Shown here: piece after piece, positions 47,801 through 61,335 of the stretch
Layout of the letters: each line of letters opens with the position of its first letter
How positions within the stretch are numbered: the first letter of the stretch is position 1
Position numbers and translations under genes: made by a program
NCBI RefSeq assembly: GCF_021869535.1
Contig: NW_026262697.1
Span: 806,001-870,000 of the forward strand
Direction: 5' to 3'
From: Mytilus californianus
Lineage: Eukaryota
DNA: 64,000 nt
Notes under the pieces: generated by a model
Told to the model about the DNA's origin: nothing
Database searches by the model: none
What the model saw: the letters and a program-made list of their open reading frames with translations, nothing else

Positions 47801-50344
47801 AATTTCCTGTATAAAGTCAATAATTGTGTGAACTTTTGAAGCCCAAACTTTTTATAGCCTTAAATACGCTAATGAAAGATCCGAAAACTATACCCATACA
47901 GAACGACATATTTTTGAAATTGTAGCAAAACTTTTGGTTGACAAATTTTAATTCGTTATAATTGCATAAATATTAACTTGAAATATCTGTCATTTTCTCC
48001 CTACCCAGTTTACCTCTATTACTCATTATGATGTGGACATGACATTGTTATTGAATCTTATGCAATTTGATTGGATTAAGTTATTATTAGATTACCTTCA
48101 AACTGTTCATGCTTTTTCGTACGAGTATATTGATTAAATCAGAGCGTGCATGAATGTGTACAGAAAATTAAATGACCTGCAAACTGGACACTGGACCAGT
48201 CCATATTATGTTTTATCAATGAATAGATTTTTTTTTTATTTCCCAAATTACAGGGCCCATAAAGGGCATAAAATCAGATACAATTGATTTACATTATTGG
48301 TAACAACAACAATAATAGCGGCATACAAATAGATATTTAGTATATAAGCATTGGTCAGAATCAGATGAATGAAACTTAAGGTATGAAAGGTAACAATTGC
48401 CACTTTTTATCTTTTCACATAATTTTCCACATACACATTAGATAAATTATTTTTGATAGCCTATTGCGGAGAAAAAAGAGAAAGTTTACTGTATTAACGT
48501 TCTATTCCATTAAATACGCCATTTTTCGAAGATAAATGCAGAATAACATTTATGCACGGCTACGCCAGGTAAAATTGTTGTTTATCCTAAAAAAATAATA
48601 CAATTTTCAGTTTCATTAGAATATTATAATAATAATAAATCCCAAATTTATGTAGTCATTAGATAAAGTCCTTATATGTCCGATCTGCCTATTTTTGGAC
48701 ATCAAAAGACAATACGATCGTTTTAAGGTCAATTTCGTCTACCTCACACAATCTTGTTAGGCACTATAATGAAATGGACCTGAAATTTATTTCACATGTT
48801 TCCTGAAAATTGATAAATATCAAAGCAACATAGAGCTGTTTGTTCTAGTTCATATAATGACAATTTAATGTCATGTTTGTTTGTGATGACCCCCCTTTTC
48901 GGGATTGCATCAGAATTATAGTTATCTCGTATCGCATGAGGATGACACATGTCAACTGAGCAATTATGTTTGGGACTTAGTTTTAAGAAATGACGTCAAA
49001 GTAACATTATGAAAATATTTTTAGTAAGCTGAAATATATATTTATTTTTTACATGTTTATGTCTTGTAAGATATTTTATTTCTGTCCCGTTTTTCAACAT
49101 TTGCGTCTGGAAAGTTGAAATGTTTTAACTGAATGGTTAATTTAAATTAATTATGAAAATGGTTAAAATTAAATCAATAAAGGAAATTATTGCCCAGTTA
49201 CAAACACTACCAGGGGATAATCCATAACATGTTGTCTCCTTGTGAAATATAAAACATATTTAAAATGATTTCCTGCTAAAGTCTTATATTGATATAAAGT
49301 TAAAACCGTCTTGCTTCTCACTAGTCAACACTCCTGTCCTGTCAGGTTTAATTCTTATATATATGGATGAAAAATAAAAGTCCACAAAACATTAACATGG
49401 CAGCAATTGCTTTTACAGCCTTTAAGACTTTGATTTTTTTTACAGAAGAGTGTCCACCATACACTTGCATTACACTATAACAATAGTAGAATAGTATGAT
49501 ATACAAATAGATGAAAATTATATATACATGCAACCGTAATATTAACATAATATATAACAACAAACCAGTGTATTCTTTGGAACTATTATTATATTAGTAT
49601 AATAGTCTAAGGTATACTGATTTGTATCACTACATTATAATAGTTATTACGGTGAGGTTGAATTTCCTGTCATTTATTCATCATCCAAGCACGAACTTGT
49701 ATAAGAAAAAAAAAATCTCTGTAAATTAACCTCAGTTTCAGGTATAGAGATGTGATCTGTTTCTGTGACATGTGCTTTTGACCATCCACAAGAACCTGCG
49801 GTCATCCGATGTTCAGTACTTCAGTACTTTGATTTGAATTTACCTTGGAGTTCGGTATTTCGTTAAATAAGAAAATCCAAAAGTCGGTTGATGTTTAACT
49901 AGAGTGCACCGGGGTTATTAATTCGCATTGACTACCTGGGTTCGATCCGGATCAGATTTCATAGTGTGAACAAGGTATGGATGGAATTAGAATATTCACT
50001 TTATAACAACAACAACAAAAAACGATCTAAATTGTAAATATTAGTTATATGATCATCAATATCATATTTTTGAATTACTAAAACAATAACTTACCTTTAC
50101 AAAATGAATTACCTGTAATTATGATGTAGGTTTACTTTGCATGTTTAAGGAGTGTAATCATCATTAATGATTATGTATGTATTACCATGGAAGAACTTCT
50201 ACTCTATTACATAGATGCATATAAGTGTATTTTTTCAATCTGTTTTTGGACAAGTTGTTTTTGAAGTAATCTACTTAGCCATTCGATATAATGTTGAAAA
50301 TTAGCGCTTTATCAATAACAATATCTATATCCCCTCAGATTGGT

Positions 50345-51602
50345 GTCCATCTCCATGTTTTGTAAGTAATCTGACTTACAAAACTGCCATCCCTTGACAT
50401 CTAATCAGCTACCAAGTCTATAGAGGAAATCTGCTATCTCCATGTTTTGTAAGTAATCTGACTTACAAAACTGTCATCCCTTGACATCTAATCAACTACA
50501 AAGTCAATAGAGGATATCTCCTACTAACTGCCATCCCTTGACATCTAATCAGCTACAAAGTCAATAGAGGATATCTGCTACTAACTGCCATCCCTTGACA
50601 TCTAATCAGCTACAAAGTCAATAGAGGATATCTGCTACTAACTACCATCCCTTGACATATAATCAGCTACAAAGTCAATAGAGGATATCTGCTACTAACT
50701 GCCATCCCTTGACATCTAATCAGCTACCAAGTCAATAGAGGATATCTGCTACTAACTGTCATCACTTGACATCTTATCGGCTACTAGGTCAATAGAGGAT
50801 ATCTGCTACTAACTGCAATCCCTTGACATCTAATCAGCTACAAAGTCAATAGAGGATATCTGCTACTAACTGCCATCCCTTGACATCTAATCAGCTACAA
50901 AGTCAATAGAGGATATCTGCTACTAACTACATCTAATCAGCTACAACGTCAATAGAGGATATATGCTACTAACTACCATCCCTTGACATCTAATCAACTA
51001 CAAAGTCAATAGAGGATATCTGCTACTAACTGCCATCCCTTGACATCTAATCAGCTACCAAGTCAATAGAGGATATCTGCTACTAACTACATCTAATCAG
51101 CTACAACGTCAATAGAGGATATATGCTACTAACTACCATCCCTTGACATCTAATCAACTACAAAGTCAATAGAGGATATCTGCTACTAACTGCCATCCCT
51201 TGACATCTAATCAGCTACAAAGTCAATAGAGGATATCTGCTACTAACTACCATCCCTTGACATCTAATCAGCTACCAAGTCAATAGAGGATGTCTGCTAC
51301 TAACTGCCATCCCTTGACATCTTATAGCTACACAGTCAATAGAGGATATCTGCTACTAACTGTCATCCCTTGACATATAATCAGCTACAAAGTCAATAGA
51401 GGATATCTGCTACTAGCTACCATCCCTTGACATCTAATCAGCTACAAAGTCAATAGAAGATATCTGCGACTAATTGCCATCCCTTGACATCTAATCAGCT
51501 ACTAAGTCAATAGAGGATATCTGCTACTAACTACCATCCCTTGACATCTAATCAGCTACAAAGTTAATAGAGGATATCTGCGACTACTTGCCATCCCTTG
51601 AC
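50345..51602. repeat. 57-bp minisatellite (about 22 units)
   Basis: Unit atcccttgacatctaatcagctacaaagtcaatagaggatatctgctactaactgcc. Confidence 0.96.
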
Positions 51603-52331
51603 AAATCGTGATAAACATTACAGGAAATACAAGTCACTTTCCATGATATGAAATTTACCCCCGATGTGCAGCGGCCGATATTACATTGCGTTCGTAACTC
51701 TAGTATGCTTCGATACGTACTGTTTCCATGGTTTCTTATTTTTTTGCTTGTATTTGTGTTGTTGTTATCTGTCATATTTTAAAGTAAAGATCCTTTTTGT
51801 ACTGATTTTAATCGTATGTGCTTATTTTATTTGTCACTGATTGGGATTAAAGGTGGAGGATGTCAAAAGCCTAGTTTATCCCTGCCACAACTTCATGACT
51901 CAAGTTATGAACCTTTTTTGTCACACATGTTCATGTTCATAACTCAAGTTATGAACCTTTTTTTTGTCACAAACTGTTATTCCTTGTCACATCATTCCTA
52001 GAATAGTTAAAATACAAGTCAGATGCCATATCCATAAAACTATCATCCTGTACAAATCATACTAGTATATAAACTTCAATAGTAAACTGCAGGAGGAGTT
52101 GATTGCACAAAATCTGTACCTTCTTTTGAAAATATTCCTGAAAAAAGACTAAGTTCCCGAAGTCAGAAAAAATGGGTGTAGGGTTTCAAACAGTTCTGGA
52201 ATAGCAGGTCCACAGCTTCAATATGAAGTTTCAATGATCTGGGTTACAAATGTAGGAGGAACTAATTTCACATAATTTGTACCGGCTTTTGAACATTCTG
52301 CTACGAAATAACTTTTAACAAATTTCCCAAG

Positions 52332-53338
52332 GCTAAATCAATATAGCAGGTGTATATCTTCAATATGTCTGCAATCTATCGGTTCAGTTGCCCTAGTATG
52401 AATGAGTGCGAAACAATTGAAAACGAGAAAAGCAACGGCCTGATTAATGATAAGACAAGAAATTAAAAACAAATATGACAAATACCAACCAACGACTACC
52501 ACTTTATCACAGGTTCCAAACTTGGGACAGCTCAGATAAAATAACTTGTAAAACTTAGCTGGTTTTTGCGCTTCATCAAACCATGATAATTGCGTCGAGT
52601 AATTTTACAGCTTATTAAGGGCCACTTCCGATAAGACCGGTTCATTTTGTTCATTCCAATTTCATTGCTAAATCAATATAGCAGGTGTATATCTTCAATA
52701 TGTCTGCAATCTATCGGTTCAGTTGCCCTAGTATGAATGAGTGCGAAACAATTGAAAACGAGAAAAGCAACGGCCTGATTAATGATAAGACAAGAAATTA
52801 AAAACAAATATGACAAATACCAACCAACGACTACCACTTTATCACAGGTTCCAAACTTGGGACAGCTCAGATAAAATAACTTGTAAAACTTAGCTGGTTT
52901 TTGCGCTTCATCAAACCATGATAATTGCGTCGAGTAATTTTACAGCTTATTAAGGGCCACTTCCGATAAGACCGGTTCATTTTGTTCATTCCAATTTCAT
53001 TGCTAAATCAATATAGCAGGTGTATATCTTCAATATGTCTGCAATCTATCGGTTCAGTTGCCCTAGTATGAATGAGTGCGAAACAATTGAAAACGAGAAA
53101 AGCAACGGCCTGATTAATGATAAGACAAGAAATTAAAAACAAATATGACAAATACCAACCAACGACTACCACTTTATCACAGGTTCCAAACTTGGGACAG
53201 CTCAGATAAAATAACTTGTAAAACTTAGCTGGTTTTTGCGCTTCATCAAACCATGATAATTGCGTCGAGTAATTTTACAGCTTATTAAGGGCCACTTCCG
53301 ATAAGACCGGTTCATTTTGTTCATTCCAATTTCATTGC
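52332..53338. repeat. Three apparently identical 335-bp tandem copies
   Basis: gctaaatcaatatagcagg starts at 52332, 52667 and 53002. Confidence 0.95.
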
Positions 53339-53561
53339 AGCAATATAACTAAAGGCATTTATTACTTGAAGATAAATCGTATTAAATATTTTGCTATATA
53401 TTCAAAGGTAGTCTACTGTAATCCATCACAAAATTCTGGTTTTATAATCTGCTTTAGTGTTAATGTACCTGATTACGGATAACAAACAAAGTAGAGTTTT
53501 ATCATTTTCTTTATAAATATCATTATCTATTCATCATATGATCGACATTTCTGTCACAAAG

Positions 53562-53645
53562 ATGGATGTCTACACATTGGGGTTACTACTGGTGTTCTGT
53601 CTGGGGACACAGGCACGCCCTTCACAACAAGAATGTGGCTATACC
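53562..53645 (+). CDS. MAN2B1: Lysosomal alpha-mannosidase exon 1 (signal peptide)
   Basis: MDVYTLGLLLVFCLGTQARPSQQECGYT|gtaagt has a hydrophobic signal and the CGY motif. Phase 0 joins SCNP. Confidence 0.85.
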
Positions 53646-53679
53646 GTAAGTCTGATTTGAGTATTTGTAAAGCAAAATA

Positions 53680-54500
53680 TTGTCCTATGAAATATTGTCC
53701 CCCAAGACAATATTTTATGACTTTGTTTCATGAAATTTTGTTCCTATCTATGAAATGATGTCCAGACTCCAGAGAAGGACAAATTTCCATATGAAATGTT
53801 GTCCATATACAGACAATATTTCATAGATGAACAGTATGAAATTTCGTTTTGTTAAAGGGAGGCTATCCAAGGTTACATATTGTGTATATTGAGACAATAT
53901 TTCGTAGATGGGTGGTCATGCAATTTTGTCTCATGAAATGGAGGTTATTAGACATTTGATATTTTTGATAATGAAATCATAATGTGTTTTATTTTATTGT
54001 TAATAACAAACAAACCTGCATAGTTAAATTATGCAGTAATTTATGGTTATACACATACTTTACATTAAATGGAAAATATTTGAATGAAATTCCAGAAACG
54101 CTCACAGTGAATTTCATAGCAGAGGATTTCTCAGGGAAGACATAATTAGATTAAGAAATATTTTCATGGACAGCATTTCACAGCGAATTTCATGGCAGAG
54201 AATTTCTCAGGGAAGACATAATTAGATTAAGAAATATTTTCATGGACAGCATTTCACAGCGAATTTCATGGCAGAGAATTTCTCAGGGAAGACATAATTA
54301 GATTAAGAAATATTTTCATGGACAGCATTTCACAGTAAAATATTGTCATGGAGAGTATTTCACAGTGAAACATTGTCCAGAAGGAGGTGACAAAATTTCA
54401 TGGACAAGGACACTATTTCATAATTTTCATATATTTTATATGAAATTTTGTCCAACGGACAACATTTTATGGAGGACGTTATTTTATGTTACATATTTAT
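53680..54500 (-). repeat. Dispersed atgaaatattgtc-rich element, copy 2, with internal ~74-bp tandem repeats
   Basis: Reverse-complement similarity to 14920-15860. Confidence 0.7.
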
Positions 54501-54589
54501 ATAAAGGGTCCTTATAATGAGGGTCTAGATGGGGTTAACAGAATAGAGAATATTGGGCAAAAAATAAAGAAAAGAGAAAAATGGACAAA

Positions 54590-55035
54590 CAAAATAAAGA
54601 AAAGAGAAAATTGGACAAACAAAATAATGAATAGGGAGTAATAGAGTGTTAAAATATAAAGAATAGAGAATAACAGAGTGTTAAAATATAAAGAATAGAG
54701 AATAACAGAGTGTTGAAATATAAACAAAAGAGAATAACAGAGTGTTAAAATATAAAGAATAGAGAATAACAGAGTGTTGAAATATAAACAATAGATAATA
54801 ACAGAGTGTTAACATATACAGAATAGAGAATAACAGAGTGTTAACATATAAAGAATAGAGAATAACAGAGTGTTAACATATACAGAATAGAGAATAACAG
54901 AGTGTTAAAATATAAACAATAGAGAATAACAGAGTGTTAACATATACAGAATAGAGAACAGTGTGTTAAAATATAAACAATAGAGAATAACAGAGTGTTA
55001 AAATATAAACAATAGAGAATAATTGAGTGCAAAAA
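54590..55035. repeat. 32-bp minisatellite
   Basis: Unit gaatagagaataacagagtgttaaaatataaa. Confidence 0.92.
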
Positions 55036-55730
55036 TATAAAGAATAGAAAACAATGGAAGAAACAATAAAAAATACAGATAGATTGTCTAAAAATTGAAA
55101 GAAAAAAAAAGATACAGAAATGAAGCACCCCCTCTTTTTGAATCATTCACACCCTCAATGAACAAACTGACAAAAACACAAATTACGAACTAAGAGTATA
55201 ACTAGGTCAAAGCCTAATGTCAGCTCATACATATACTTAAATATCAATTAGTATACCTGAACCTCCAATGACCCAAGTGTAAAGACGCCATAAGACGTTT
55301 AAGAAAAGCATGACATTGAGAACTGTTAGAATTTTGATACAATCCTGTTGTGACATTAGCTCTAGTTGATCTTGAATGTTAGTTTTATAACTGGGACTTC
55401 ACAATAAGACTTGCCTGTGTCGCATGTTTCAGTGTTCAGATGGTTTTGCATCATCGAGTTATTAGTGAACAGTTGCCAAAAGCATCAAGCAAATCATCAG
55501 ATATCATTTTTTTTCTTTCAATTAGTAGTGGAGCACAGTGGCGTAGCTAGGCCATTTTTAAGTGTACGCCCGAATCTCATCGAGGGGTTCGAGGTCCCCT
55601 AAGCTGGTCCAGGGCAGGAGATCTTCCGGTAGGTCGCGAAACCCCCGGAAGTTCACGCGTTATTGAGAAAAAGATACCAATATCTGTCATTAAAAACTCA
55701 TATCAATAGCAACATACTTGATCGATATAA

Positions 55731-57130
55731 GAACAAAACTACCAACTTTACGATAAAAGAGATGATTTCAGCTTCCAATTGTGAACTTTTCTTTTCTATG
55801 TAGCAACATTCCAGCAGCACCTGCATATGGATTATAAACCTCCCAGTTGATAATATAAGTTATCTACGTTCATATCCGTAGATATGGATATTTTAACACC
55901 CTGAAGTATCCAAGTACACCCTGAGGCGAAGCCGAAGGGTGTACAGGGTACTGAAGGGTGTTAAAATATCCATATCTACGGATATGAACGTAGATAACGA
56001 ATTTATCCCCGGTCTTAGTCCAAATCTGTCGATTTTTAGAGAAATTCGACCACAAAGTGTAACGTGAAAGCAACGTTTTTTTCTTTTTCTAAAAGTCTTT
56101 TATTGAAATTTGGGAATTTGACGTATCTTTTACGGGGTGTAGGGTACTACCTTTGGTAGAACCCTACAGGTATTCAAATATAAGACGTTTTTAATACAGA
56201 GACAGAGAAACTGGAGTGGGTCGAATTTGGCGCTCAATGTTGTGAGAGTTACATCATAGACGGTGTGACGTTAACGTGGGTCATTTGCATAGGTAGGTCA
56301 GTAGTCCCATTCATAGACAATGTGGCAGCCAAGTGATGCATTTACTAAAATGAGTGCAAATGATCGACAAAATAAGATAACATCGTTAGTGGATTAAATA
56401 TTTAATTACAAACATCATGAATAATCTACAGAATTCTATATTTCACAAAGAACAACCATGGAACTAAGGAAAACGTGCGTGACATCCCCCGGGGTAATGG
56501 ATAGCAACGTCCGGGTATATGGGTTAGCAACGCCCAGGGGCTATGGGTTTTGTAACGACGTGCGTTATCCAATCAAAATCCTAGAAATATACTAAGCCGG
56601 GGATAAGACATTCCGGAGCTTGCATTTCCTATCATTATTTCCTTGATAGATGGTTGCTGCATGCTTAGAAGGAAGCTACTGAACCAAGTGAAGAGTTCCA
56701 AGTGGTGAAGTTGAAATTATCCCTTCGAAATTTTACGGTCGACATCACGAGTAGGTTGACCGTTATGGAATATCTGTTTCACTGATTGCTAATGACGACA
56801 GATATGTTCAAATTTTGATATTACCACAATCCCGTCCTAGCTCTTTTCCTCGAATGTGACCTACCGAATTAGACTTATCACTGGGTTTGTACATACATCA
56901 GCAACACGACGGGTGCCACACGTGGAGCAGAATTTGCTTACCCTTCCGGAGTACCTGAGATCACCCGCAGTTTTTGGTGGGGCTATGTTGCTCAGTCTTT
57001 TGTTTTGGTGTTGTATTTTGTATACTGTTGTTTGCCTTTTCGTAGTTTTCATTTTTTGCCATGGTATTGTCAGTTTGTTTTAAACTGATGAGTTTGAATA
57101 TCCCTTTGATATCTTTCTCTTCTCTTTTAG
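55731..57130 (+). mobile_element. Penelope-like 3' fragment split by an inserted HINE-like element
   Basis: ctttacgataaaagagatgatttcagcttcc...cccagttgata, then the insert, then gacattccggagcttgc... Colinear with the reverse complement of 33712-34337. Confidence 0.8.
55854..56606 (-). mobile_element. HINE/Helentron-like element, copy 2 (intact ~140-bp terminal foldback)
   Basis: Same subterminal IRs as copy 1. Long hairpin ttatctacgttcatatccgtagatatggat...atccatatctacggatatgaacgtagataa with a gaggcgaagccg loop. Confidence 0.8.
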
Positions 57131-57771
57131 AGTCTAATTTGTTGTTTTTTTTATGTTAAATTTATCAATTTTGTGTTGATTTGGAATATAATGTACATTT
57201 AATTAAGAGAAAAATGCCCAAACCAGTTGCGTTAAAATATGTCTAAAAGGAGATGTGGGGTAAACAGTCAATCAACAAAAAAATCAAAACTTTAAAGAGA
57301 TAGTAAAAAAGCAAGTCTCCGTTTCAATGTTGTCATTCTATTAATTTTTTTACCTTATTAAATTTACTCACCTTCAAAATTCAAATTTCAGTAATGGACA
57401 CATGTCCTAATTAATTCTCATAGATCGGTCAGGTGTAACGTAAAATAAATATTGAACTGTAACATAAAAATGCAAACCACATCGTATCTCAGCAGATAAT
57501 GAATTGATCTAAACAAAAGTAAACTGTAGAATTCACAGTAAAATCAGACTTTGACAGAAAATGGACGAATATATAATATAAAATATGAAAACAACACGTT
57601 ATTAATTTCATGTGTCCATTTAGCGCTTTTCTGGATTTACCTTCACCAGTAACATTCAAAGCCGAATATTTGAAAGCCGAGGATGTATAAGAACCGAAAC
57701 AGTTGCAGAGCTATATGACCTAAAAGTATATAAAAATAATGTGATACCAATTGATTAAGAAGTAAAGCAGT

Positions 57772-58283
57772 AGGCCCGGTAAGACCCTTTTTTGGCCCCA
57801 AAATATAGCATTTTTTTTAAATTTGTAGAATTAATGTAAACTTTTAGCTATTTATTGGAAAGAAGAATTCTTTTGTTCCATAAATATGGGCTGTTTTTGA
57901 CAATACAATGCACATTTGTGCTAATTTTAAGACGGTTTTTGTTTAAAATGGAAGTGGCCGCATTTGTGTTCAGTCTTAATATTCAAATATATGTTGTATT
58001 TGATGGTTATACATAACATATATAAAGGTTGAGACTGAACACGAATGCGGCCACTTACATTTTAGACAAAAATCATCTGAAAAGTGACGTTTAATGGCAT
58101 ATTTGATAGATTTTTCATATTTAAGGTTGAATTTCAGCGTCTTTAATGACCAAATCATTTCAAATCCTATTACATAAACTAATTGAATCGACTGAAATAG
58201 ACACTTAAGTGTTTAAAAAATACCAAAAATCTTTCATCAGATGTACTTCGAATTTTAGGCTAAAACTAGCCGTTACCGGACCT
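57772..58283. mobile_element. Non-autonomous TIR element
   Basis: Short IR aggcccggtaa / ttaccggacct. No clear TSD. Confidence 0.5.
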
Positions 58284-58747
58284 TCTACTTTCATCACTTA
58301 GTCTTTTATCTTTAATTACAAGTCATTGAAGAAAGAATTACAAGGCTCGTGTGCTTTTAATCAGTTCTTTTGATTTATTAGGGTTAAAATATTTTTTTCT
58401 TCAAATTTATGTGTACGCCCGGGCGTTTTGACGTTAACGTAGCTACGCGCATGGAGCATTATGGTATCGTGTTGCAGACTATGTAAACCTAAAAATAAGA
58501 TAACGGCACCCATTTAAAATGAAAAAAAAAATCGTATATAAAACTTGAGTTACTTTTAATAGTTATAATATTTTAAAGTTCAAACTGTGCATTATTTTAC
58601 ACAAGTTGTGCATGTCACCAAAGACATAATATGTCACTAAAGTCACACAAAAAAATGTATCATTTAGAGGTACTCAACTGTGTCAACAAGACCGCATCTC
58701 AATGGCACAATAATAAAAAGACAATATGGTTTATTTTCCTTTTCAAG

Positions 58748-58850
58748 AGCTGCAATCCTATCAAAGAAGACATGCTGAATGTTCATCTGGTACCCCATAC
58801 GCATGATGATGTCGGTTGGTTGAAAACAGTAGACCAGTATTACTACGGAG
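58748..58850 (+). CDS. MAN2B1: Alpha-mannosidase exon 2 (GH38 N-terminal, HTHDDVGW)
   Basis: tttcaag|[35 protein letters not shown]|gtaaat, 103 nt. Confidence 0.96.
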
Positions 58851-59940
58851 GTAAATATGCAAGAAACAACTTATTAGACTGGACTTACTGAGCATTGCTA
58901 AAAAAATGTATAACACATGTCATGGTTTCCAGGACATGGATATGCATGAATTCGCCGGGTAAATCTGAGATTTCTATATCTCAAGATAAATCCATAATAT
59001 TCCTAACATGGATTTTCTTGAGAAACTAAGGCATTAGTGTTATGTCTTTGTTTTGTAAACCTTGCCGATTCTAAAAAAAACTTATAATTTATCAATATTT
59101 ATTTATTTACCGTCGATCCGAGCGTTCTCTCACAGTTTCGGAAAAAAAGACTTGTATCGTCATCGATTTCCTCACTTAGTTTTGAAGTTTCCGGTTCATA
59201 TGAAGAAGCCAATTCATGATCATGTATCATGATATCAGAGACATATACTACAATTGTATCATATGTCTCTGATGATATGAAGTATATATGCATTAATTAG
59301 TTTTATAAATCAATAGGGTTTATGAAATCATGTTTAAATCTATCATCTCACAGTAAAAGAATAAGATTTTTTTGGCGTCACAAAAGATAATGGAAAAATA
59401 AATATTCTCAACCTCATTTGATATATATCATCTATCAAACAACAGAGATCACGATTCACGAGTTGATTTTTTTGTCAATCACGATTCACAGAAAATAGAT
59501 TTCCATGATCACGGATCACGAAAATTAAAAAAAAAATGAATCTGTAGAAAAACGGATCATGATAGCGAAGAACGAAAATAACCCATTAGGCCCCTCATAC
59601 ACGACTTTAAATTCATTCTTTTCTATGGTCTTTTTCTAGCAAAGGAAAACATATAAAGCTTTTCTCCTATCAATATTAACACTTTTTTTCTGAATTCAAG
59701 CTCAAACTGGACTGGTAGTACCATATGTTTATACAAAGAAAATTACCTTAGTATGGTTATTAATACTTAGAAATATGAGACTTTTTCTGTTTAGTGTGCT
59801 TACCAGTTCAAATTCATTTGAGTGAATTTCTACTCATATAACAATATACTTGCCTATATGTCATGTTTTGATCAGAGATTGTTCATAAAAAAAACTATAG
59901 TAGTGCAAACAAAATATAATTGAGAATTTTGCCCCCCCCC

Positions 59941-60040
59941 TTTTTGTTTTACAGATAGTAATGATATATGTATTACAGAATTCTGGTATACAATACATTA
60001 TAGATTCTATAGTTCAAGAATTACTAAAGGATCCTAGCAA
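59941..60040 (+). pseudogene. Decayed duplicate of the MAN2B1 exon-3 acceptor and 5' part
   Basis: ttttacag|atagtaatgatata(tgtatta)cagaattctgg...gaattactaaaggatcc versus the true ttacag|atcgtaatgatatacagaatgctgg...gaattactaaaggatcc. Has a 7-nt insertion and no donor. Confidence 0.85.
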
Positions 60041-60079
60041 CTTGGGGATCCATCATTTTATCCTTGTATTTGTTTACAG

Positions 60080-60253
60080 ATCGTAATGATATACAGAATG
60101 CTGGAGTACAATACATCATAGATTCTGTTGTACAAGAATTACTAAAGGATCCCAGTAAGAGGTTTATTTATGTAGAGATTGCATTTTTTGCTCGATGGTG
60201 GAGAGAACAGGATGAAGCCACGAGAGACCAAGTTAGGATGCTGGTAAATCAAG
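60080..60253 (+). CDS. MAN2B1: Alpha-mannosidase exon 3
   Basis: (D)[40 protein letters not shown]...VRMLVNQ-G|gtttgt, 174 nt. Confidence 0.96.
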
Positions 60254-60707
60254 GTTTGTATATATTTGGGTAGCAGAGAAGTAAAGCAGGGTTGGGCTAT
60301 TGTTCTGTGGGAGTTAAAATCATGAAGACATCAGGCCTTTCGGTCATAAAACTTTAATCATTACTTGGAGTACAACATTTCTGCTTAAAAACTCAAAATC
60401 CTGTGTTTTGATTTGTTGATTTCTCAGTGAGTTCAATAATTGTACTCAAAATGTTTAAGACTGTAAGGCCAGGATTTGATATGTGATTGTTATACAGATT
60501 GTGAGAGGGTCATAATGAGGGACTTTTTGACAAATCTTGTTCTAATATTCCATTGGAATTATGTTGTTAAACATCTGGAAATAATGGGTAAATTTTATGT
60601 ATTTATACAAAAGGCTATAAAAAAATATAATTTTTTTTATATTAAAATATTTAAACAGAATTTAGGCTGAATGTCACTCAAGTTTCCATGTGTTTTCTGT
60701 GGCATGT

Positions 60708-61335
60708 CTGATCAGAATGGTGTTGTTGTGACAAGTCTGATCAGAATGGTGTTGTTATGACAAGTCTGATCAGAATGGTGTTGTTATGACATGTCTGATC
60801 AGAATGGTGTTATTATGACAAGTCTGATCAGAATGGTGGTGTTATGACAAGTCTGATCAGAATGGTGTTTCTGTGACATGTCTGATCAGAATGGTGGTGT
60901 TATGACAAGTCTGATCAGAATGGTGTTTCTGTGACAAGTCTGATCAGAATGGTGTTTCTGTGACATGTCTGATTAGAATGGTGGTGTTATGACAAGTCTG
61001 ATCAGAATGGTGTTTCTGTGACATGTCTGATCAGAATGATGGTGTTATGACGATTCTGATCAGAATGGCATTTCTGTGACAAGTCTGATCAGAATGGTGT
61101 TTCTGTGACATGTCTGATCAGAATGGTGTTGTTGTGACAAGTCTGATCAGAATGGTGTTGTTATGACAAGTCTGATCAGAATGGTGTTGTTATGACATGT
61201 CTGATCAGAATGGTGTTGTTATGACAAGTCTGATCAGAATGGTGTTGTTATGACAAGTGTGATCAGAATGGTGGTGTTATGACAAGTCTGATCAGAATGG
61301 TGTTGTTATGACATGTCTGATCAGAATGGTGTTGT
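60708..61335. repeat. 29-bp minisatellite (about 21 units) containing the palindrome tctgatcaga
   Basis: Unit tctgatcagaatggtgttgttatgacaag. Confidence 0.96.

Noticed and set aside
52395-52420. atgaatgagtgcgaaacaattg as a hammerhead core in the 335-bp tandem (retrozyme-like size)
   Set aside because: It lacks CUGANGA and has no UH after the palindrome. The segment aligns with the abundant interspersed repeat instead.
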